The notes under the pieces are model-generated. The model saw only the letters and a list, made by a program, of their open reading frames with translations, was not told the DNA's origin and did no database searches. Below are positions 9,963 to 16,809 of a DNA stretch of 36,535 nt, piece by piece. The stretch covers positions 1-36,535 of IMG/VR virus record IMGVR_UViG_3300031519_000082. The stretch is one strand, 5' to 3'. Positions within the stretch are counted from its first letter, which is position 1, and each line of letters opens with the position of its first letter. The translations under genes were made by a program, and so were the position numbers. This DNA comes from a virus. Taxonomy: Duplodnaviria > Caudoviricetes.

Positions 9963-9986
9963 TTCTTCATTATTTATAAATAGGAC

Positions 9987-10016
9987 TTGACAGTCAAGTA
10001 AAAACTAGTGTATAAT
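9987..10016 (+). promoter_or_regulatory. Sigma70-type promoter TTGACA-N18-TATAAT
   Basis: Perfect hexamers; the -35 sits within the palindrome CTTGAC-A-GTCAAG; points into non-coding sequence. Confidence 0.6.
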
Positions 10017-10024
10017 CCTTTTAT

Positions 10025-10148
10025 ACTCCTTAGGGAGTTCATACCTTAAGTTCTTTTCCTGGCCCGTAGAGGCCAGGGAAATAAGGAGAAACCAAAGACA
10101 AGAGACTCCTTAAGGAGTATAGTTGCTAAAGAGAACTCCTTAAGGAAT
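10025..10148. repeat. Cluster of ACTCCTTAAGGAGT-type palindromes around a GC hairpin
   Basis: actccttagggagt at 10025, actccttaaggagt at 10105, actccttaaggaat at 10135; hairpin cctggcc-cgtaga-ggccagg at ~10058-10077. Confidence 0.8.
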
Positions 10149-10337
10149 ACAGGAACCTAGCCAGGTGGCCCTGGCTTTGCCCTATGAGTTGGGTATTTTT
10201 TTAAGGTGGGGTTTATGAAATACACAAAAATCTAGTCAGTTAATGATAGCCCCCCACCCCCCCTAACTGAGACTGGGTCGCAACAAGCAGTCGCCATAGA
10301 TGGGATGAGACTGAGACTCATTATCAACAGGGCTAGC

Positions 10338-10494
10338 ATAAGCATTCCTACTGCGGTGGGCTACCATAAGCTCCGCTAATACCGTGGGCGGCTCTGGCAT
10401 GAGATAAGTTTTTCTTCTTTGATGAGTGAAAGGATCACAGCATGAGTTCTTCTACTCTACTCTACTCTAATCTCCCAGCATAAGCATATCTACT
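10338..10494. repeat. Five ATRAG-N5-CTWMT imperfect inverted repeats
   Basis: Copies start at 10338, 10366, 10404, 10442 and 10480 (spacing 28, 38, 38, 38). Confidence 0.65.
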
Positions 10495-10666
10495 TTAGGT
10501 GGAGGGGCTTTGGGGCTTATTGAGACGGCAATCTCATTAAGATGAAAATGCCCTGTATGGCCTTCTGACGGCCTGCGAAGGGTAGGGTGCCAGTCGAAAA
10601 TCGGACGCCGCACAGCGGCTCCTAGGTGCCCTGCTGTTGATTTTAGATTTTGACCCTTTACTGATA

Positions 10667-10722
10667 ATCAACGACTTACAAAAGCGTATCAACGACTTAC
10701 AGAAGCGTTATCAACGACTTAC
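10667..10722. repeat. Three iteron-like direct repeats ATCAACGACTTAC
   Basis: Identical 13-mers at 10667, 10688 and 10710 (21-22 bp period). Confidence 0.9.
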
Positions 10723-10810
10723 GTAACTATATAGGCGGCTGTGGGCCGCCATCTTTACAATAGTTTCATTATTTGGTATGCAGTGGTTCAAAACTAGTTA
10801 CTCAATGAGC

Positions 10811-10838
10811 TTGACTAATCACAATCTATGCACATACT
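10811..10838 (+). promoter_or_regulatory. Putative early promoter TTGACT-N16-CATACT
   Basis: Near-consensus hexamers upstream of the plus-strand gene block; followed by boxA-like GTTCTTTTCCA at 10854. Confidence 0.55.
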
Positions 10839-10844
10839 GGTGGT

Positions 10845-11050
10845 GCAGTTCCCGTTCTTTTCCAGTCCAAACGCTACCGACTCTGGGGTGACACTCCAGA
10901 TGGCCTATCCGTGCATTTGCACCATAAGATCAGGAAGTGGATAGGTGGCCGCCAAGCGGCCTCGATGACGTAGCAAGTGGGACATAGATTGGTAACCCAG
11001 CCGCATACTGCGGCGGTCACAAGCCCGCATAGATGGGGAGTGCCAATAAT
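10845..11050 (+). ncRNA. Candidate structured leader RNA
   Basis: Several nested stems (see findings) between the promoter and the first early ORF; no convincing ORF. Confidence 0.5.
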
Positions 11051-11065
11051 CAACACATCAATATT

Positions 11066-11335
11066 ATGGAAATTAAAAAATCACCACTGCCTTATTTTAC
11101 AAGATTTCTACAACAGGAACCAAAAGATGGAAACCACATACCATTCTACGAGACTAATAAACAATTAGCTCGTGATATTGGAGTTAGGGCATCGTATGAA
11201 AATTTGGGCTGTAGTTTCTGGGACTTGGTTAATGAAGCCCCAGAAGATGTATGGGATACATCAGACAGCACCGAAATTTCGCTGGATATTCTCTGGGCTG
11301 AAGAGCAATTGCAAACTGCCTTTGACCTAGCATAA
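11066..11335 (+). CDS. Small acidic early protein
   Basis: Likely start MEIKKS at 11066 after an A/T-rich leader; 89 aa with acidic C-terminal half. Confidence 0.7.
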   Translation: MEIKKSPLPYFTRFLQQEPKDGNHIPFYETNKQLARDIGVRASYENLGCSFWDLVNEAPEDVWDTSDSTEISLDILWAEEQLQTAFDLA

Positions 11336-11346
11336 ACCAAAGCAAC

Positions 11347-11438
11347 TCCACAGCTCGTAGCCTAACCGCTACGGGCTTTTTGGGTGTAAGCAGGCCACTT
11401 CTGATCTGCCTACGTTTAACGCATAACCAATCAGAATT
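11347..11438 (+). repeat. Intergenic two-hairpin element, copy 1
   Basis: CAGCTCGTAGC-ctaacc-GCTACGGGC-TTTTTGGGT-GTAAGCAG...CTGCCTAC-GTTTAAC...AACCAAT...ATG. Confidence 0.85.
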
Positions 11439-11726
11439 ATGAAAAAATACTCAGTTCAAGTCCTCAAGTCAGACAACCTCTTCAAGGTAAAAGCAGAGTG
11501 GAAGAAAAGCCACGACATGGGAAGTCAAGTGGACACTTTTTCATCAGAAAAAGATGCCCTCGATCACGCCAAGTGGTGGACTAATGAGAGCTGTAGAATG
11601 GATTACATTCAGTCAGTGCAGGTATCTCAAATTATTAGGCACGTCGTTGCCAAGGAAGAAGATTATTACGACGATGTCGTTGATTGCACCGACGAAATGA
11701 CGGGTGGTAATCCATTCATCAATTAA
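11439..11726 (+). CDS. Small early hypothetical protein
   Basis: 95 aa, exactly fills the space between repeat copies 1 and 2. Confidence 0.75.
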   Translation: MKKYSVQVLKSDNLFKVKAEWKKSHDMGSQVDTFSSEKDALDHAKWWTNESCRMDYIQSVQVSQIIRHVVAKEEDYYDDVVDCTDEMTGGNPFIN

Positions 11727-11730
11727 CCTT

Positions 11731-11809
11731 CAGCTCGCACCCTTACAGGTGCGGGCTTTCTGGGTGTAAGCAGGTCGCTTACAATCAACATGACCAACCA
11801 ATAAAAATT
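11731..11809 (+). repeat. Intergenic two-hairpin element, copy 2
   Basis: CAGCTCGCACC-cttaca-GGTGCGGGC-TTTCTGGGT-GTAAGC-aggtc-GCTTAC...AACCAAT...ATG. Confidence 0.85.
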
Positions 11810-12070
11810 ATGAAAAACAAAGATCACAAATGGATACACACTACAATTAACGGCTATGAAATCGAACACGAGTCTGATGACAACGGAGCTGACGACAACG
11901 GAGATCGGATGCGTTTTAGTTGTGGCACGATATCTAAAGGCGAGTTCAACGCAAGTTTAGGTCGTTTTATGCAAGGTGAACCTCTTGAGGATGGATACGG
12001 CGAAGAGCTAGAAATCCCAGACGGAACACGCACAAGAATTGAAAAGTGGGTATATGCCCAAGGATGGTAA
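11810..12070 (+). CDS. Small acidic early protein (paralog of 12149..12391)
   Basis: 86 aa; INGY, I.KG.F..SL.R, GEE.EI.D and RIE.W motifs shared with the next gene. Confidence 0.75.
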   Translation: MKNKDHKWIHTTINGYEIEHESDDNGADDNGDRMRFSCGTISKGEFNASLGRFMQGEPLEDGYGEELEIPDGTRTRIEKWVYAQGW

Positions 12071-12148
12071 TCCACAGCTCGCACCCCACAAGGTGCGGGC
12101 TTTCTGGGTGTAAGCATTCCGCTTACGTTTAACATAACCAATAAAACT
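12071..12148 (+). repeat. Intergenic two-hairpin element, copy 3
   Basis: CAGCTCGCACC-ccacaa-GGTGCGGGC-TTTCTGGGT-GTAAGC-attcc-GCTTAC-GTTTAAC...AACCAAT...ATG. Confidence 0.85.
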
Positions 12149-12391
12149 ATGACAATTAAATACACTGAAACACACAAAAAAATCATCAACGGATATCTCT
12201 GCGAAGTCGAGATAGATAGCACTCAAGAACCAGAAACACAAGGTTGGATCACTAAAGGAAGTTTTGGAGGCAGTCTCGATCGTGCCTTTCAACTTGGTTA
12301 CTTGACCACCACCGACGGGGAGGAAGAGCACGAGATACTCGACAGAATACTTCACCGCATCGAAGAGTGGGCGGGATCAGTCGGATACTAA
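12149..12391 (+). CDS. Small acidic early protein (paralog of 11810..12070)
   Basis: 80 aa; shares the motifs listed for the previous gene. Confidence 0.75.
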   Translation: MTIKYTETHKKIINGYLCEVEIDSTQEPETQGWITKGSFGGSLDRAFQLGYLTTTDGEEEHEILDRILHRIEEWAGSVGY

Positions 12392-12403
12392 CCAATACAA
12401 ACT

Positions 12404-12547
12404 ATGACTATAGAAAAATTATCCACCGTCGAGCTATGGCTCGCCTTAGACAAACTCAACAGCGTTGCTTACGCATCGCTTTCCTACGAAGAAAAGGCAC
12501 TACTAATAGATGTAGCCAACGAACTAGAACACAGACAAAAAATATAA
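12404..12547 (+). CDS. Small hypothetical protein (47 aa, not in ORF track)
   Basis: MTIEKLSTVELWLALDKLNSVAYASLSYEEKALLIDVANELEHRQKI; leader aaactATG; TAATG-coupled to the next gene. Confidence 0.65.
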   Translation: MTIEKLSTVELWLALDKLNSVAYASLSYEEKALLIDVANELEHRQKI

Positions 12548-12735
12548 TGAACACAGAAACAAACATTAACCAACTCGCTTGCGAGATTGCAACTGAGATA
12601 GTCGAGCATCGCATCGGCTCGCACCTAACATGGGAGTGCGACGAAAGCGGAGACTACATCTCATTCACCGAAGAGGCACAAGACCTGTTCATTGAACTAT
12701 ACGACATCATCCACAATAAACTAATACAACTATGA
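12547..12735 (+). CDS. Small acidic hypothetical protein
   Basis: Likely start MNTETNINQ at 12547 (62 aa); ATGA overlap with the next gene. Confidence 0.65.
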   Translation: MNTETNINQLACEIATEIVEHRIGSHLTWECDESGDYISFTEEAQDLFIELYDIIHNKLIQL

Positions 12736-13151
12736 AGACATTTAGAATCATTCTAATTACAGCGCTGACTGCGCTGTCGAACCTCTCGGCTAATCAGTCC
12801 GAGATCGTAGCGGCTACACTAATCCTAGAAGCGGGCGGAGAGCACGCTGAAGGGGCGATGCAGGCAGTGCATGAGGTTATACTCAACCGAGCTGTCAAAC
12901 GCAGGCTCACGGCCAAGCAGGTGTGCTTACAGCGCAAGCAGTTCAGCTGTTGGAACAGTGGCAAGATTGCTACCCTGCTAGCCAAGGCTAAGAGGCACCC
13001 TCGGTGGCACGAGGCACTCGTCATCGTGCACTCAGCCCCGACTAATTACACGGGCGGTGCCGATCACTATCACGCTGACTACTGCGACCCATACTGGGCT
13101 AGCTCCTTGCAAAAGACTCGCAAGATCGGTCGGCATATCTTCTATAAATAA
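12732..13151 (+). CDS. SleB-type cell wall hydrolase (Hydrolase_2) with signal peptide
   Basis: 'TLILEAGGE...AVHEVILNR...QFSCWN...GADHYHA...PYW...IGRHIFY' family motifs; hydrophobic N-terminus. Confidence 0.88.
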   Translation: MKTFRIILITALTALSNLSANQSEIVAATLILEAGGEHAEGAMQAVHEVILNRAVKRRLTAKQVCLQRKQFSCWNSGKIATLLAKAKRHPRWHEALVIVHSAPTNYTGGADHYHADYCDPYWASSLQKTRKIGRHIFYK

Positions 13152-13167
13152 CTAACACCAACTAACT

Positions 13168-13341
13168 ATGACAGACCTAGAAAAAAGAATAGAAGACATA
13201 CGCTTTGAAGCTGACGGCATAGAAGAATCTATAGTCGAAGGCGGAACCGAAGGCGTATACACCACCAAAGAATTATCAAAGATGCAATGGAAGGTGGATG
13301 CGTTGCGAGCGTATGCAAAAGACCTAGAAACTCACTACTAA
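13168..13341 (+). CDS. Small hypothetical protein (57 aa, not in ORF track)
   Basis: MTDLEKRIEDIRFEADGIEESIVEGG...DLETHY; leader aactATG; fills the gap between neighbours. Confidence 0.65.
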   Translation: MTDLEKRIEDIRFEADGIEESIVEGGTEGVYTTKELSKMQWKVDALRAYAKDLETHY

Positions 13342-13348
13342 AATAACT

Positions 13349-13600
13349 ATGACAACTGAATCAAACCTACAAATCGGACAGGCATACATCGTGGACAACA
13401 AACCCATGGTGCTGACCGACGTAACATACGGGAGGCACAGCTTCACCGACGGGTGCTACGGCTTCGGTCGCACCCTCGGTAGCCGTCCTTCGGACTCCAA
13501 GATACTCGACTGTCTTCAGATAGCTGAAGGCGTTGACCCTCAAGATATACTCGACAACCTTCAGAGCACCATTCAATATATGGTGCACTGCAACCAATAA
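13349..13600 (+). CDS. Hypothetical protein
   Basis: 83 aa with leader aactATG, in operon. Confidence 0.65.
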   Translation: MTTESNLQIGQAYIVDNKPMVLTDVTYGRHSFTDGCYGFGRTLGSRPSDSKILDCLQIAEGVDPQDILDNLQSTIQYMVHCNQ

Positions 13601-13601
13601 C

Positions 13602-13919
13602 ATGTATCCATTTATGAAAACAAATACAGAAACACAATCGGACTTCAACCGCTACTGGTTGGAGCCTCTCGAAAATGCACTGCAAGAAATTAGCAAGTGC
13701 GACGCACGCCAAGCTCCTATCAGCGAGCAGGGCTATACTCACTTGGCCTTGGCCGAGCTGTCTCAACTCCGTGTTGGCATTCAGTATCTCAAGGACATCC
13801 TTGATGATCCCCTCGACAAGCCAAGCGATCGAGCCGTAACACGCATTGACTTGGGCATCTTCAAGAACGCCTTACAGGGCTACGACGTAGAGGACGAGCT
13901 TGGAAAGCTATCACTATGA
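13602..13919 (+). CDS. Hypothetical protein
   Basis: Start probably at 13602 or 13614; ATGA overlap with the next gene. Confidence 0.6.
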   Translation: MYPFMKTNTETQSDFNRYWLEPLENALQEISKCDARQAPISEQGYTHLALAELSQLRVGIQYLKDILDDPLDKPSDRAVTRIDLGIFKNALQGYDVEDELGKLSL

Positions 13920-14323
13920 GCGAGGTCAAGAGCACTAACCCAAAGGACAGGGTAGGTATACGCAAGGCTCCTATGTCTGGCCTGCCTGCTCCAGTCCTAA
14001 TGGAGTGCGGCCTAGTAAAGTTGCACGGAGACTTGAAATACGGAGCCTACAACTGGCGCCAAGAAGGAGTCCGAGCATCGGTATACTACGACGCTGTATG
14101 GCGGCACCTCACAGCTTGGTACGAGGGCGAAGACCTCGACCCAGACTCTGGTGAGCATCACATAGCGCACGCAATGACAGGCCTAGCAGTCCTCCGTGAC
14201 TCTCAAATGTTTGGGAACTGCGTAGACGACAGGCCTAGATCTCACAAGCGAGGATGGTTGCAAGGCATGAACTGCCGTGCCGCCGACATGGTCGATAAAG
14301 CTAACGATGCAAAAGGCCATTGA
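13916..14323 (+). CDS. DUF5664 / dATP-dGTP diphosphohydrolase-like protein
   Basis: 'NPKD..G..K.P...LP', 'G..KYG.YNWR', 'Y.DA..RHL.AW..GED.DPDSG..H.AHA' motifs. Confidence 0.85.
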   Translation: MSEVKSTNPKDRVGIRKAPMSGLPAPVLMECGLVKLHGDLKYGAYNWRQEGVRASVYYDAVWRHLTAWYEGEDLDPDSGEHHIAHAMTGLAVLRDSQMFGNCVDDRPRSHKRGWLQGMNCRAADMVDKANDAKGH

Positions 14324-14334
14324 CATCAGCGCCC

Positions 14335-14433
14335 TATTCCTTAAGGATTATTCTTACTAAGGAGATGCCCCTGTAGGGGGCACTTCCTTAAGGAGTTATT
14401 CCTTAATTATAACTAGCACACAATACACGTCAA
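14335..14433 (-). promoter_or_regulatory. Leftward promoter TTGACG-N16-TATAAT followed by TCCTTAAGGA palindromes and a hairpin
   Basis: On the + strand: cgtcaa 14428-14433, attata 14406-14411; tccttaagga at 14338 and 14385; hairpin tgcccc-tgtag-ggggca. Confidence 0.55.
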
Positions 14434-14441
14434 GCACAATT

Positions 14442-14645
14442 ATGAAATACGAAACAGGCACTACACTAACGGGCAGTCATGGGAGATTTACTCTCACGGA
14501 CTGCGAGGTCATCGGCATTCGGGAACCTAGCGGAGAGGAAACGTGGTTATACACGTGGTCTACCGACGAGGATCGTCGAGTTTTAACCACAGGAAGGGAG
14601 CTGTCTGGAGCAATCGCAGACGGAGCCGTCCTTGAGCACCCATAG
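14442..14645 (+). CDS. Hypothetical protein
   Basis: 67 aa with leader aattATG. Confidence 0.6.
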   Translation: MKYETGTTLTGSHGRFTLTDCEVIGIREPSGEETWLYTWSTDEDRRVLTTGRELSGAIADGAVLEHP

Positions 14646-14655
14646 ATCAAGCACT

Positions 14656-15024
14656 ATGCACGAACTACAGATAAGCATCTACCCTCATGGGGTAGCAAGG
14701 AAACTAGGACAGGACGTTGTTGTTCAACGACTGAACCTATTGAATAAGTTCGATGACTGCACCATCGAAGAACTACAAGACGGAGATCAATACTTCGTCC
14801 CAACTCATGAGCTACCACAGCGCAAGGCAGAAGACATCTTGAACTACATCGAGGAGAATCAAATCGACATCGTTCACGTGCCGACTGGAGCTATCGCTGA
14901 TGAAGCACCGAAGTTTGAGATCGAGCTTCGCTCGCACAAGACTGAACTAATCGAGACGCTTTGGACGGACTCGGTCACTGATGCCATCAACTATTTGATG
15001 GATATGTCCGAGGAAGAAATATGA
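14656..15024 (+). CDS. Acidic hypothetical protein
   Basis: Likely start MHELQ at 14656. Confidence 0.65.
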   Translation: MHELQISIYPHGVARKLGQDVVVQRLNLLNKFDDCTIEELQDGDQYFVPTHELPQRKAEDILNYIEENQIDIVHVPTGAIADEAPKFEIELRSHKTELIETLWTDSVTDAINYLMDMSEEEI

Positions 15025-15059
15025 TTGACAGGGCATAGAGTGAGCCTCTTAATACTAGG

Positions 15060-15821
15060 ATGGCTCACTTCTATGACTGCAATGATACACTCGATGCCTT
15101 CCTTCGGGAGGACATAAGCACCGTAGCACAGGCTCGCAAAGTCCGTGCTATTTATCCCAGCGTTACCACTGTACTAAGCATCTGCAAAGATGAGTTCTTA
15201 GATGGAATCTACAAGCCCCGCATGATCACCGATCTTGCACGGGAGAACCCAACGCTACCTTGGCAGGCCGTAGAGAAGATGACCTACGGGACACGACAGC
15301 ACCCGAGCGACGGACAGAGCATACCCTCGTCGGACTTCGGGACAGCAGTGCACAAGAGAATCGAAGAGCTAGTGCAGGCCAAACTACACGGGCACGAGGT
15401 GCCCGAATGCCCTTACACTGAATGGGCTACACCTTTCCTTGACTGGATCGAAGAAGAGCAAGTCAAGCCAGTAGCTACTGAGTGCATCATAGCAGACAAA
15501 CTGCTTAAGATTGCAGGTAGCGTAGACTTCGTAGGATACGACCACGAGGGTAACCTTTTCCTAGCGGACTACAAGTGCAGAACCAATACGAAAGGCAAGG
15601 CCAAGGTATACGACAAGGACTGCGAGCAGTTGGCCATCGAGGCCTTCATGATTCAGCGTCAATACAACTTAGCCTACACGCCAGAGTGCAGGTCAGTAGT
15701 CATTGACTGCGGAACCAAGAAGCACTGGCACCACGTGTGGAATACAGACGACGTAAAGAAGGGCATCGCCAACGCAAAGTTAATGGCGAAACTCTACTGG
15801 AACAAGCGAATGAAAAAATAG
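15060..15821 (+). CDS. PD-(D/E)XK exonuclease (Cas4/RecB-like phage exonuclease)
   Basis: 'PSVTTVL', 'GTAVHKRIE', 'E......IAGSVD.......LADYK', 'QLA..A' motifs. Confidence 0.85.
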   Translation: MAHFYDCNDTLDAFLREDISTVAQARKVRAIYPSVTTVLSICKDEFLDGIYKPRMITDLARENPTLPWQAVEKMTYGTRQHPSDGQSIPSSDFGTAVHKRIEELVQAKLHGHEVPECPYTEWATPFLDWIEEEQVKPVATECIIADKLLKIAGSVDFVGYDHEGNLFLADYKCRTNTKGKAKVYDKDCEQLAIEAFMIQRQYNLAYTPECRSVVIDCGTKKHWHHVWNTDDVKKGIANAKLMAKLYWNKRMKK

Positions 15822-15830
15822 GAGGACAGC

Positions 15831-15893
15831 ATGGACGCATTCACTATATTGATATGTATCACGGCGGTAGTTTTCTTTTGCATCGTCGTCTAA
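15831..15893 (+). CDS. Possible 20-aa membrane micropeptide
   Basis: MDAFTILICITAVVFFCIVV preceded by AGGAGG five nt upstream. Confidence 0.4.
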   Translation: MDAFTILICITAVVFFCIVV

Positions 15894-15912
15894 CTTATAA
15901 TTTAATCAAGGC

Positions 15913-16170
15913 ATGAAAGACTTAGAACCTATAGACTGGACCGAGCAAGGTCATTACATCAGCGAAGAAGCTATACAACTTGGAGGGTGCGACTCGGCAG
16001 TCCTCGGCATCACCGACGAAGGTGTTCTCTGCTACAGCTACGAGCTACTCATAGACGTGTTCGTTACACGTGACGGGATGCAACCCGACGAAGCCCTTGA
16101 GTGGGTAGAGTTCAACATCATGGGACTGCATGGCAACGGATCCTTTCACGTGGTATACACCGACATCTAG
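15913..16170 (+). CDS. Hypothetical phage protein
   Basis: 85 aa, 'DGM..DEALEW.EFNI.G' pattern typical of small aquatic-phage proteins. Confidence 0.7.
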   Translation: MKDLEPIDWTEQGHYISEEAIQLGGCDSAVLGITDEGVLCYSYELLIDVFVTRDGMQPDEALEWVEFNIMGLHGNGSFHVVYTDI

Positions 16171-16173
16171 TCC

Positions 16174-16371
16174 GTGCTGTTTGAGATAAAATATAAGCAC
16201 GCATCAATGCCCGACGGCTACGTCGGCAAGTGCATGAAGCACGGCCATACTAAAGAGCAGGCACTCAAATACTTCGCCCCGAAGAAGCCCGACAAGCAGG
16301 GCTGGACTCATACTAAGCGTAAGCTTCCCGTTCAAATTATAAGCGTCGATGAAATACCTAGCGCAGAGTAA
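16174..16371 (+). CDS. Hypothetical basic protein
   Basis: 65 aa, GTG start, in operon. Confidence 0.55.
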   Translation: MLFEIKYKHASMPDGYVGKCMKHGHTKEQALKYFAPKKPDKQGWTHTKRKLPVQIISVDEIPSAE

Positions 16372-16792
16372 ACTTAAAGAGTGGAGGCAGGCCAACCTAC
16401 CCAGAGAGTGCCCGATATTTAAGTGCAAGGTAGACGACGCCGTCGTCGATCACTGCCATAGCACTGGCCTGGTCCGAGGTGTACTGCACAGGCAGAGCAA
16501 CGCATGGGCAGGTAAGATTGAGAACTCTTGGAAACGACACGGATACAATTCTAAAATTGCATTGCCAGAGGCACTGCGTGCCTTGGCTACATACCTAGAA
16601 GAAGCTCGGACCGATGTACTTCACCCTGTAGGGCTACGCCAGAAGTGCAACCGATTCAGCAGGCTACCGAAGGACGAGCAGGTTGAGACTCTCATAAAAT
16701 TTAAATGCGACCCCGATGAAATTAATTCTTGCAAGAACTCTAAGGCTCGCACACAATGCTTTCGCACTGCCCTTCTTAAGCAGTGCACTTAA
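16349..16792 (+). CDS. Recombination endonuclease VII-like protein
   Basis: 'CPI....VVDHCHSTGLVRGVLHRQSN...GKIEN' signature. Confidence 0.85.
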   Translation: MKYLAQSKLKEWRQANLPRECPIFKCKVDDAVVDHCHSTGLVRGVLHRQSNAWAGKIENSWKRHGYNSKIALPEALRALATYLEEARTDVLHPVGLRQKCNRFSRLPKDEQVETLIKFKCDPDEINSCKNSKARTQCFRTALLKQCT

Positions 16793-16809
16793 CACAAACA
16801 ATAAAACAT

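Noticed and set aside
10667-10722. Mini-CRISPR array
   Set aside because: Repeats of 13 nt and spacers of 8-9 nt are far too short.
10845-11050. tRNA or hammerhead ribozyme
   Set aside because: No T-loop GTTCRA in a cloverleaf context and no CTGATGA...GAAA core.
11340-12150. Repeats as a CRISPR array or integron attC sites
   Set aside because: The 'spacers' are 260-290 nt whole genes and there is no cas operon. GTTTAAC matches RYYYAAC but is at the wrong end, is missing from copy 2, has no partner GTTRRRY, and no tyrosine integrase is present.
13916-14323. Z-genome (2-aminoadenine) pathway
   Set aside because: No PurZ or dedicated polymerase is recognisable.
15025-15056. Promoter at TTGACA upstream of the exonuclease
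   Set aside because: No acceptable -10 hexamer at 16-18 nt spacing.
15060-15821. Cas4 as evidence of a CRISPR system
   Set aside because: Stand-alone PD-(D/E)XK exonucleases next to ERF are normal phage recombination genes.
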